Virus record (IMG/VR): IMGVR_UViG_2531839665_000016
Span: 1-36,695 of that record
Length of the DNA stretch: 36,695 nucleotides
Strand: one strand, 5' to 3'
From: a virus
Taxonomy: Duplodnaviria > Heunggongvirae > Uroviricota > Caudoviricetes
The notes beneath the pieces are model-generated. The model was not told the origin of the DNA, searched no databases, and saw nothing but the letters and a program-made list of their open reading frames with translations. Of this stretch, positions 28,852 to 36,695 are shown one piece after another; positions within the stretch are counted from its first letter, which is position 1; each line of letters begins with the position of its first letter. The position numbers and the translations under genes are program-made.

Positions 28852-29526
28852 ATGAAAACAATCCATGACATCCGGCGGTCTAACGCCAGAAAACTGAGAG
28901 ATGGTGTTGGCGGGAATTCTTCCTTTGCCACTATGATTGATCGCGAGCCAACCCAGACCAGCAGGTTTATGGGAGATGGTGCTACTAAAAATATCGGTGA
29001 CAGCATGGCACGACACATCGAAAAATGTTTCGACCTGCCTGTAGGATGGCTCGATCAAGAACACCAGACAACGAACATCACAAAAAAACCTGATGTTTCA
29101 ATCACTAATAAACAAATCACATTAGTCCCTGTCATATCATGGGTACAGGCCGGAGCATGGAAAGAAGTTGGATATTCTGAGGTTGATTTGAGCACAGCAG
29201 AAACGTATCCCTGCCCTGTACCCTGTGGGGAAATGACTTATATCTTGCGGGTGATAGGTGATTCAATGATTGATGAGTACCGCCCGGGAGACATGATTTT
29301 TGTCGATCCTGAAGTACCTGCCTGCCACGGTGACGACGTTATTGCATTGATGCACGATACAGGTGAAACCACCTTCAAAAGGTTGATAGAAGATGGGACA
29401 CAGCGTTATCTCAAAGCGTTAAACCCAAACTGGCCTGAGCCTTACATTAAGATCAACGGTAATTGCTCTATAATTGGTACTGTGATTTTCTCAGGAAAAC
29501 CAAGAAGATACAAAATCAAAGCCTAA
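28852..29526 (+). CDS. CI-type prophage repressor (HTH + S24 LexA-like autopeptidase domain)
   Basis: 224 aa; C-terminal GDSM (Ser nucleophile) and TFKRL (Lys) consistent with the S24 Ser-Lys dyad; divergent from cro. Confidence 0.8.
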   Translation: MKTIHDIRRSNARKLRDGVGGNSSFATMIDREPTQTSRFMGDGATKNIGDSMARHIEKCFDLPVGWLDQEHQTTNITKKPDVSITNKQITLVPVISWVQAGAWKEVGYSEVDLSTAETYPCPVPCGEMTYILRVIGDSMIDEYRPGDMIFVDPEVPACHGDDVIALMHDTGETTFKRLIEDGTQRYLKALNPNWPEPYIKINGNCSIIGTVIFSGKPRRYKIKA

Positions 29527-29540
29527 TCAATGTTTATGAA

Positions 29541-29561
29541 CCTGCTTCGGCAGGTTTTTTT
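29541..29561 (+). terminator. Intrinsic terminator downstream of cI
   Basis: Hairpin CCTGC-TTCG-GCAGG followed by TTTTTTT. Confidence 0.6.
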
Positions 29562-29565
29562 ATAC

Positions 29566-29598
29566 TTGACAATGTACCTTTGAGATACATAATGTACC
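29566..29598 (+). promoter_or_regulatory. pL-like early-left promoter with putative operator half-sites
   Basis: TTGACA (29566-29571), 16-nt spacer, CATAAT (29588-29593); AATGTACC direct repeat (29571-29578 and 29591-29598) shares the GTAC core of the cI-cro palindrome. Confidence 0.5.
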
Positions 29599-29699
29599 CA
29601 AGAGAAACAACAAACAGGCAGGACGCCCACGAAGTAGCCGCCTGGGGCATATGAAGTCCAGGATGATTCGTTAGCGGATGATTTCAGTGGAGAGAATAG

Positions 29700-30008
29700 A
29701 TGAATGAGCAGGATTTGAAGCATGTGATCGCATTGTTGCTGGAAGACGCTAAACGTTTGCAGCAGATAGAGCCAAATGCAGGCACTGAGGCCCGTATTTT
29801 GTTAGCAAAACAGGCATTAAAGACTTGCGAGGCGCAAGACCCTGATCGAACCAAGTTCATGAATTTCATGGCTAACACGATCACCCCACTGCCATGCAAT
29901 GGAGAGAGGGTGAGCCGTGTTTATCACGACACAATGGTTAAGGCATTAAGAATCGAGCTTGATGGGCTTAGGCGTAAGATCGTGATGAACAAAATCGTTG
30001 CCAACTAA
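29700..30008 (+). CDS. Hypothetical early-left protein
   Basis: 102 aa; GGAGAG Shine-Dalgarno 6 nt upstream; first gene after the pL-like promoter. Confidence 0.5.
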   Translation: MNEQDLKHVIALLLEDAKRLQQIEPNAGTEARILLAKQALKTCEAQDPDRTKFMNFMANTITPLPCNGERVSRVYHDTMVKALRIELDGLRRKIVMNKIVAN

Positions 30009-30287
30009 GGAAGCAGACGGAAGTAAGCATGCGCTTTGTTCAAATTTGCAGACAAATATATTTGCGTCAACACCAGCACTGTTAGCAATGGAAAAAGTTT
30101 GATCAAGGATTTGTTGGCAGTTCATTGTGCTTTTGAGGATATATCCCTCTGGAATCAGTCTGCAGCAGCTATCGTCAGACTCTTTGATTGTTTTCTGGTA
30201 CAGAAAGTTAAGCATTAATTCTTCAAATTTTTTGGTCTGTTCGGCTGTTGCTTCAAACAGACGAACGTGAACATAAAACTGGTTCAT
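29946..30287 (-). CDS. Hypothetical protein encoded antisense within the early-left operon
   Basis: 113 aa from MNQFYV...; AAGGAAA Shine-Dalgarno 4-6 nt upstream of ATG 30287; AT-rich; 3' end overlaps the preceding plus-strand gene by about 60 nt. Confidence 0.4.
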   Translation of the reverse strand: MNQFYVHVRLFEATAEQTKKFEELMLNFLYQKTIKESDDSCCRLIPEGYILKSTMNCQQILDQTFSIANSAGVDANIFVCKFEQSACLLPSASLVGNDFVHHDLTPKPIKLDS

Positions 30288-30566
30288 TAGGTTTCCTTGC
30301 TGGCTGTGTGAGAACTCCAGCATACCACCGAGCCTGAAGTGGTGAAAAGACAGGCAATAGTTTCATTGCTGTGTGTAGTCCTGGCGGTACCAGTTTGTAC
30401 CCTTGCTTCCGGCTGGTACCGCTCTTTTTACAAAACAGAGAAGAGCATCACCGGACGACGGGCTCATAACCCAATCCATCCGGGCGGCTGCCACCGCAGG
30501 TGTTCTTCTCTGTTTTGTGGAGAAACCAACCGACCTTGCAGGGTCGATATGATGAGGAGCAGCAAA

Positions 30567-30929
30567 ATGGCTAGCGAACGCGGTACTGATGTGCAGGCAT
30601 TTATCGGGGAGCTGGACGGCGGCGTATTTGAAACCAAAATCGGCGCAGTTCTCAGTGAAGTCGCTTCCGGTGTGATGAACACGAAAACCAAAGGTAAGGT
30701 CTCACTCAACCTGGAAATCGAACCATTTGATGAGAACCGTGTGAAAATCAAACACAAACTCTCATATGTTCGCCCGACTAACCGCGGGAAAATTTCCGAA
30801 GAAGACACCACCGAAACGCCGATGTATGTCAATCGCGGTGGGCGCCTGACTATTCTGCAGGAAGACCAGGGACAATTACTGACTCTTGCCGGTGAGCCTG
30901 ACGGAAAACTCCGCGCAGCAGGTCATTAA
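30567..30929 (+). CDS. Hypothetical protein (CPS-53 YfdP-like?)
   Basis: 120 aa from MASERG; GAGGAG Shine-Dalgarno 7 nt upstream. The longer ORF-track start (30339) is rejected. Confidence 0.5.
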   Translation: MASERGTDVQAFIGELDGGVFETKIGAVLSEVASGVMNTKTKGKVSLNLEIEPFDENRVKIKHKLSYVRPTNRGKISEEDTTETPMYVNRGGRLTILQEDQGQLLTLAGEPDGKLRAAGH

Positions 30930-30994
30930 TATCGTTCTTAATTAACTGATTATTTACCTCATCACTGAATATCTTTATATAGTGAGGACTTATT

Positions 30995-31819
30995 ATGTCT
31001 CAGAACTTAGACGCAACCGCAATTAATCAAATCCATGCCCTTATTTCTGCTCAGGGTGTTAATGAAATTATCAGTAAGATTGGTGCCGACGCAGTGGCAT
31101 TACCTGAAAATTTCCGCATTCATGATCTGGAAAAATTTAATTTAAATCGCTTCCGTTTCCGTGGCGCGCTTTCCACTGCCTGCATCGATGACTTTACCCG
31201 TTATTCTAAAGATCTTGCAGATGAAGGCACCCGCTGCTTTATCGATGCCGATAATATGCGTGCCGTCAGTGTTCTTAACCTGGGTACTATTGATGAACCA
31301 GGTCACGCAGATAATACCGCCACTCTCAAACTGAAAAAGACAGCACCGTTCTCTGCACTGTTGTCTGTTAACGGCGAGCGTAACTCCCAGAAGTCACTGG
31401 CAGAATGGATTGAAGACTGGGCCGACTACCTTGTGGGCTTTGATGCTAATGGTGACGCCATTCAGGCAACCAAAGCGGCTGCGGCGATCCGTAAAATCAC
31501 AATTGAAGCGAACCAGACTGCTGATTTTGAAGACAATGACTTCAGCGGCAAACGCTCCCTGATGGAGTCTGTCGAAGCGAAGACCAAAGACATTATGCCA
31601 GTGGCATTTGAATTTAAATGCGTTCCGTTTGAAGGTCTGAAAGAACGTTCTTTTAAATTACGCCTCAGCATTATCACTGGCGATCGTCCTGTACTTGTTC
31701 TGCGCATTATTCAGCTGGAGGCTGTGCAGGAAGAAATGGCTAACGAATTTCGCGATCTGCTTGTTGAGAAATTCAAAGACAGCAAAGTAGAAACCTTTAT
31801 TGGTACTTTCACCGCCTGA
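30995..31819 (+). CDS. yfdQ: DUF2303-family protein (YfdQ-like)
   Basis: 274 aa; length and N-terminus match my recollection of the E. coli CPS-53 prophage YfdQ. Confidence 0.6.
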   Translation: MSQNLDATAINQIHALISAQGVNEIISKIGADAVALPENFRIHDLEKFNLNRFRFRGALSTACIDDFTRYSKDLADEGTRCFIDADNMRAVSVLNLGTIDEPGHADNTATLKLKKTAPFSALLSVNGERNSQKSLAEWIEDWADYLVGFDANGDAIQATKAAAAIRKITIEANQTADFEDNDFSGKRSLMESVEAKTKDIMPVAFEFKCVPFEGLKERSFKLRLSIITGDRPVLVLRIIQLEAVQEEMANEFRDLLVEKFKDSKVETFIGTFTA

Positions 31820-31947
31820 TTTGATTACTGCAAATGCCCCTGCGGGGGCATTTATGGAAACGTAATTAACTCAATAATCGCCGGATGGTGAGGGCTTCCT
31901 TTTACCAGAATTCAGTGCGGTGCAGCGCAAATAACGTGGAGAACAAA

Positions 31948-32484
31948 ATGTCATTTATTAAAACTTTTTCTGGGAAGCATTTTTATTATGACAGGATAAA
32001 TAAAGACGACATCGTTATTAACGATATCGCGGTTTCCCTTTCAAATATCTGTCGCTTTGCAGGACATCTTTCACACTTCTACAGCGTCGCCCAACATGCG
32101 GTGCTTTGCAGCCAGTTGGTGCCGCAGGAATTTGCTTTTGAAGCGTTAATGCATGATGCAACAGAAGCATATTGCCAGGATATCCCCGCACCACTGAAAC
32201 AACTTCTTCCTGACTATAAACGGATGGAAGAAAAAATAGACGCCGTAATCCGTGAGAAATACGGGTTACCTCCTGTTATGAGCACGCCTGTGAAATATGC
32301 CGATCTCATTATGTTGGCAACCGAGCGTCGCGATCTCGGGCTTGATGATGGCTCTTTCTGGCCTGTGCTGGAAGGTATCCCGGCAACAGATATGTTCAAA
32401 GTTATTCCACTGGCACCGGGCCATGCCTACGGGATGTTTTTGGCACGCTTTAAAGAGTTACATACGATACATAAACAATCCTGA
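31948..32484 (+). CDS. yfdR: HD-domain 5'-deoxynucleotidase (YfdR-like)
   Basis: 178 aa from MSFIKTF; HD motif (H...MHDATEAY); follows the yfdQ-like gene as in CPS-53. Confidence 0.65.
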   Translation: MSFIKTFSGKHFYYDRINKDDIVINDIAVSLSNICRFAGHLSHFYSVAQHAVLCSQLVPQEFAFEALMHDATEAYCQDIPAPLKQLLPDYKRMEEKIDAVIREKYGLPPVMSTPVKYADLIMLATERRDLGLDDGSFWPVLEGIPATDMFKVIPLAPGHAYGMFLARFKELHTIHKQS

Positions 32485-32524
32485 CAGTGAAATTAACCAG
32501 TGAAATAGTTTTGTAGCAAAAGAA

Positions 32525-32785
32525 ATGAGGTTATCAAAAATGCTTCAAATGCTGACACTTGAAGAATGGGCTTCTGAAAAATACAGAAGTAATCCTCCAA
32601 GTGTGTCCACATTGCGTCGTTATGCTAAGCAGAATTTATTTTGTCCACCGGCCATGAAACAAGGCCGGTTATGGCGAGTGCGTGAGGACGCCGAGTTAGT
32701 TGGAGAGCTGGTAACACCAGTAATTAAGAAAAATGACTCATTACTTTTGCAACGGATTTTGAGTGATGGCAGCCAGACCGCGTAA
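32525..32785 (+). CDS. xis: Excisionase (Xis)
   Basis: 86 aa; MLTLEEWA...KQGRLWRV excisionase-like motif; overlaps the int start. Alternative start at 32540. Confidence 0.65.
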   Translation: MRLSKMLQMLTLEEWASEKYRSNPPSVSTLRRYAKQNLFCPPAMKQGRLWRVREDAELVGELVTPVIKKNDSLLLQRILSDGSQTA

Positions 32786-33893
32786 AAATAATGTTTCGGT
32801 CCCTAACTTATATCCGCTTTATAGTAGGAAAGTAAATAAAGTCTATTGGCGGTATAAGCATCCAGTAACAGGGAAATTTCATGCGCTAGGAACGAACGAA
32901 ACCGAAGCCATCGCTATTGCCACTGAAGCCAATACGCGACTGGCTGAACAAAGAACTCGGCAGATTCTGGCCATCAGTGACAGGATAGCAACCAGCAAAG
33001 GGAAAGCAATCACAACGTCAACCTGGTTAGATCGCTACCAAGCGATCCAGGATGACCGACTGAAAAGTGGTGATATAAGACTCAACACTTATAAGCAGAA
33101 AGCCAAACCAGTATCCTTACTTAGGGAACGAGTAGGAATGAAGTTGATCTCAGCCGTTGATGTCAGAGATATAGCACAATTGCTTGACGAGTATATCGCT
33201 GCCGGGCAGCCGAGAATGGCGCAAGTCGTAAGGTCTGTATTGATCGATGTATTTAAGGAAGCACAGCATTATGGCGAAGTTCCGCCAGGGTATAACCCTG
33301 CTCTTGCGACGAAGCAACCCAGACGGAAAATCACCCGTCAACGCCTCAGCCTCGAAGAATGGAAAAAAATCTTCGATATCGCAGATGCCAGTCATCGTTA
33401 CATGGGAAATGCCATGCTCCTAGCATTGGTCACTGGACAGCGTTTGGGGGACATATCTAAAATGAAATTCAGCGATATTTGGGATGACCATCTACATGTC
33501 GAACAGGAAAAGACTGGAAGCAAAATCGCAATTCCTCTTTCTCTTCGCCTCAATACGATTAACTGGAGTTTACGCGATATAATAGCCCGCTGCCGTGACT
33601 ATGCAGTCAGTCCATACCTAGTGCATTTTTTCCGTTCAACTTCACAAGCAGAACGTGGGGCACAGGTTAAATCCAATACATTGACGATGAACTTTAGCAA
33701 AGCGCGAGACTTGGCCGGAATTGATTGGGGTGATGGAACTCCAGCAACTTTCCATGAACAAAGATCTTTATCTGAGCGCCTTTATAGGGAACAAGGGATT
33801 GATACGCAAAAACTACTCGGACATAAATCTCCTAATCAGACAGCTAGATATCATGATGATCGTGGAAAAGATTGGGTAACTCTAGCAATTTGA
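32763..33893 (+). CDS. int: Tyrosine integrase, lambda Int family
   Basis: 376 aa; C-terminal LLGHKSPNQTARYHDDRG resembles the lambda Int catalytic Tyr region (GHKSDTMASQYRDDRG). Confidence 0.85.
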   Translation: MMAARPRKNNVSVPNLYPLYSRKVNKVYWRYKHPVTGKFHALGTNETEAIAIATEANTRLAEQRTRQILAISDRIATSKGKAITTSTWLDRYQAIQDDRLKSGDIRLNTYKQKAKPVSLLRERVGMKLISAVDVRDIAQLLDEYIAAGQPRMAQVVRSVLIDVFKEAQHYGEVPPGYNPALATKQPRRKITRQRLSLEEWKKIFDIADASHRYMGNAMLLALVTGQRLGDISKMKFSDIWDDHLHVEQEKTGSKIAIPLSLRLNTINWSLRDIIARCRDYAVSPYLVHFFRSTSQAERGAQVKSNTLTMNFSKARDLAGIDWGDGTPATFHEQRSLSERLYREQGIDTQKLLGHKSPNQTARYHDDRGKDWVTLAI

Positions 33894-33978
33894 TTTTTAT
33901 ATTTTTATTAAAAATTAAAAAATTCAGACGCATCATATCAAAAATTTATTAGTAAAATAGATAACTAATATTTTTCTT

Positions 33979-33995
33979 GGGGGGAGGAGCCCCCC
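33979..33995. other. GC-clamp hairpin (GGGGGG-AGGAG-CCCCCC) in the AT-rich int-distal segment; sib-like retroregulatory hairpin or att-proximal element
   Basis: Read directly from the sequence; the surrounding 33894-34027 is strongly AT-rich, as expected for att arms. Confidence 0.3.
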
Positions 33996-34027
33996 GCACA
34001 TTATATTGAAGATTAATAACTGATATA

Positions 34028-34993
34028 TCATTTCTTAAATTTAAGAATTTCTTTTAAGGCTTCTACTATATTTTTATCCCCATCCATGCTAATTTTCTCC
34101 TTCTCAAGAGAAACCGTAGTCTGCCCTTTTTCAAGAACAAAATTACGTTCTGTAGCCATGAGATTTTTAATAACCTCACCCATTAAGTCTTCGTTTCTAA
34201 TGCCCTTAAGAAACTTTATCGCCAAAACTTTGGAATCGATATTGGTAAGCTCATTTTGAAAATACTTGACCTCATCAAAACCATTTTTGTACAACTTCAA
34301 GAAGAAATAAGCAAATAGTTCAACGACAATTACAAATGATAATTTGGGGGCCATGTGAAGTATATATTCAAGCTTATCATTTGTGTTAATAGCATTTGTA
34401 ACTGAATATCCAAGGTAAAGTATCCCACAAAAAGCAATAAATGCACCTAAAACCAGATTAACCCCACCACGTCTATTTAATCTATTTATTTCATTTTCTA
34501 AACGATATACAATATCATTATAGTGTTTACTAATTTCTATTTGATTTCTAAACGAATTTATATCATTTTTCAAACTTAAATCTGCAGCCAAGAGAGTATT
34601 GCCTACAATCTTTTTTTTAGCATTATCGATCAACTCTTGCCTTTCTTTTGATGTGAGTAAAACACCATTTAAATCTTTCGAATCATTTGTAACTAGTTGA
34701 TTAAACTCTTGCTTTAAGGAGTCTAATTCTGACTTTAACTCTTCATATGAGTTAACATTCTTGTTTTTACTTTCACCTATTCCTTTATTAACATAATTTA
34801 ATAAAAATGCTGCCATAAAAGTTAAAATCAGAGTTGCAATAAAGAAACTATTTTCATCTTGAAGTATTTTAGCAACAGTGGAAAAATAACTTACGAGAAG
34901 AGGCTGAGCATTATAAAGCCCCATTCCTAACAAAACTGCAATTGCCGTACCTAAAACGAACCTTACTTCTTGTCTTTTTAGTAACCTATTCAT
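34028..34993 (-). CDS. Membrane protein with 4 predicted TM helices (2+2) and central coiled coil; candidate effector
   Basis: 321 aa; hydrophobic helices VRFVLGTAIAVLLGMGLY, FFIATLILTFMAAFLLNYV, VNLVLGAFIAFCGILYLGY, LSFVIVVELFAYFFLKLY; AT-rich. Confidence 0.55.
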   Translation of the reverse strand: MNRLLKRQEVRFVLGTAIAVLLGMGLYNAQPLLVSYFSTVAKILQDENSFFIATLILTFMAAFLLNYVNKGIGESKNKNVNSYEELKSELDSLKQEFNQLVTNDSKDLNGVLLTSKERQELIDNAKKKIVGNTLLAADLSLKNDINSFRNQIEISKHYNDIVYRLENEINRLNRRGGVNLVLGAFIAFCGILYLGYSVTNAINTNDKLEYILHMAPKLSFVIVVELFAYFFLKLYKNGFDEVKYFQNELTNIDSKVLAIKFLKGIRNEDLMGEVIKNLMATERNFVLEKGQTTVSLEKEKISMDGDKNIVEALKEILKFKK

Positions 34994-35555
34994 TATGACA
35001 CCATATGTTATTATTTAACGTTTTATTAAATTCAAAATACTGCCCGAGATTTTAATACTCATAACAAAATAAGAATTAATATACAAAATTTTTCATACTA
35101 CAAGCAAGGCTTTGATAAATTGTTTTGATAACGATTTGATAACCGTTAGAAATCTAATAATAAAAACGGGAGCCATCAGACTTCCGTTTTTGATAACCCG
35201 GAGCCTAGATTTGGCTACCCCAGCAGGAAGATGCAACGTCCACGATTGTCACAAATCAGGCTGGCTCGAGGCAGAATGGCGACTGTGAGGGAGAAACGAA
35301 AGTTCACACTCGTTCTCACTGCTGATGGGGGGTTCACTAACAATCTCAAGCACTAATTAATGGACGAAACTCTACACAAAGCCCCATTTTGTAGGAAAAC
35401 TGGTAACGGATTAGTAATACTACCCGGCCAGAACATGACCGACCGGGTAAAAAAATATCCTGACGCTACTAAGCCTTTAAGATTTGACTAACCTAGTGCT
35501 TACATTATAGAGAACTGCTTATGCCTTCTAAATTATAGAGTAAAAATACTCACCA

Positions 35556-36695
35556 CTAAAATACAACTTGCTTCCTTAGTAAATCACCTCTAGCATTTGA
35601 GTAATATTCAGTCGAATTGCCAGTAACTTCCCGGAGTACTTCTGTTACAAGGTTATTTAGTATTCCCGTAAGTTTAAGAAACTCTCCATATGAATTAGGT
35701 TTCTCAAATATCTTTCTGGTACCGTTCGGCACATCGAGCTGCATTGCAGCATCATGATCCTGGGCTAAGTGATTTAGCCAGCGGTGAGTCTCAACAAGTA
35801 CAGCAAGTTCATAGTATGTACTATGACGGAGATTATTAGCATCTGCATGGTACATTAGTGAAGCAATATCATAGCTGCTTAGATCAATACTCGAACCTTC
35901 GTCTCCACTGTCTGCTTTCAGGGTTTTGAGCATGCGAATTGATTTTCTTAATCCACCATTGCATTGATCGCATTTGTCTTTGATACGTTGCATGTGGAGG
36001 AACGGTTCATTGTAGATACGCTCTCGTTTGTTTTTATCAATTATGGTAACTCCACGATGTTCTTCTTTTTTTGTGAGTTGGTACTCTTTCGTATCCCACC
36101 ATATGCCTGGCACTACATCAACTTCTCTTTGAAGACTCCCCCCCGTTATTCTCAAGGACTTGGCGTTATTATCGTCAACCTGAGCAGCAGGAAATGTCAT
36201 TTTTAGAGCATCTCGAGCTGCACGCCTAAGTTCAATGATGACGTCTCGGCCATCTTTCTCAGCTGCACTATAGCTGCCAACTCCACCGCTATCATACATA
36301 AGCATCTGAGTATCAATAATTAAAAGATCTACATCACTGAAACCTTTGATATGGATATCTAGGGGAACAGAACCTTGTACCCGAAAATCTAGGTTTAGGT
36401 CTAATTTCTTAGTCAGCTGATTTTCAATACGATACGCGGTTTCGAATGAGATCTCTGTATAGCGGGGGTCAACTGGTTGCATCGCACCAATGACATACCG
36501 GATAGCTGAATCGTCTCTTCCTCTAGACTCCCAACTTTCATTAAGCTCAAGAGCATCTTCAAGCAATGCATATTTTTCAAGGCCATCATATCTTTGATTA
36601 CTCATTGATTCTGTGGCTACTCGCAACTGATCATATGTCCCTTTACGACGTGACTTCATGCGTTCAATACGCGAACTATATGATGAATTAGACAT
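35556..36695 (-). CDS. cGAS/DncV-like nucleotidyltransferase (CD-NTase-like); start coincides with window edge
   Basis: 379 aa; pol-beta NTase motifs by my residue count: G108-S109 (QGSVPLD), D121-x-D123 (SDVDLLI), D193 in EVDVVPG (h-D-h-h-P). This spacing matches what I recall for DncV-type cyclases. AT-rich. The ATG is at the last bases of the window, so the N-terminus may be incomplete. Confidence 0.55.
   Translation of the reverse strand: MSNSSYSSRIERMKSRRKGTYDQLRVATESMSNQRYDGLEKYALLEDALELNESWESRGRDDSAIRYVIGAMQPVDPRYTEISFETAYRIENQLTKKLDLNLDFRVQGSVPLDIHIKGFSDVDLLIIDTQMLMYDSGGVGSYSAAEKDGRDVIIELRRAARDALKMTFPAAQVDDNNAKSLRITGGSLQREVDVVPGIWWDTKEYQLTKKEEHRGVTIIDKNKRERIYNEPFLHMQRIKDKCDQCNGGLRKSIRMLKTLKADSGDEGSSIDLSSYDIASLMYHADANNLRHSTYYELAVLVETHRWLNHLAQDHDAAMQLDVPNGTRKIFEKPNSYGEFLKLTGILNNLVTEVLREVTGNSTEYYSNARGDLLRKQVVF

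Larger units (their letters stand above)
1..33990. mobile_element. Lambdoid prophage (HK97-type head, Mu-like myovirus tail, lambda-like lysis/regulation); left end lies beyond window start, right end near int/att
   Basis: Contiguous, syntenic phage modules: tail, head, terminase, lysis, Q, nin-like genes, replication, cro/cI, xis, int. Right boundary is inferred only from int position and an AT-rich hairpin-containing segment after int. Confidence 0.85.

Noticed and set aside
28762-29064. Long (167 aa) version of the cro-like ORF starting at 29064
   Set aside because: The N-terminal extension would run through the operator region and overlap the divergent cI gene by about 200 nt. The internal ATG at 28761 has a strong Shine-Dalgarno and gives a typical 66-aa Cro/YdaS-sized protein.
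30339-30566. N-terminal extension of the YfdP-like ORF (ORF-track start at 30339)
   Set aside because: The extension is Cys/Arg-rich with no ribosome-binding site; the internal start MASERG at 30567 is preceded by GAGGAG.
31885-31947. Upstream start for the yfdR-like gene
   Set aside because: The extension lacks a ribosome-binding site; MSFIKTF at 31948 gives the expected length of about 178 aa.

Overview
The window is almost entirely one lambdoid-type prophage (about 1-34000), drawn mostly in reverse orientation, with its left end beyond the window. From left to right: a Mu-like contractile-tail/baseplate module (1-10.9 kb, minus strand); an HK97-type head and packaging module (10.9-17.9 kb: connector, major capsid, prohead protease, portal, large and small terminase, HNH endonuclease); bor on the plus strand; a lambda-like lysis cassette (Rz/Rz1, R endolysin, holin); Q antiterminator and nin-like early genes (DUF968, KilA-N, RusA, LexA-like HTH, Dam-like MTase, PerC-like regulator); an iteron-containing replication gene; a cro-like/cI immunity switch with palindromic operators; a rightward early-left operon (yfdP/yfdQ/yfdR-like genes); and xis-int at the right end. 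Two visibly AT-rich accessory loci stand out. (i) A tightly coupled two-gene plus-strand operon (20267-22659) sits between Q and the holin, where Shiga-toxin phages carry stx. It encodes a zinc-ribbon + YejK/NdpA(NA37)-like protein and a protein with C-terminal hydrophobic helices, and is my top candidate for an undescribed prophage-encoded defence or exclusion system. (ii) Beyond int, a cGAS/DncV-like nucleotidyltransferase and a 4-TM protein (34028-36695, minus strand) form a CBASS-like pair. No rRNA, tRNA or CRISPR array was recognised. All protein-family calls are from reading the translations and remembered family motifs; no searches were run, and GC/AT statements are visual, not computed.
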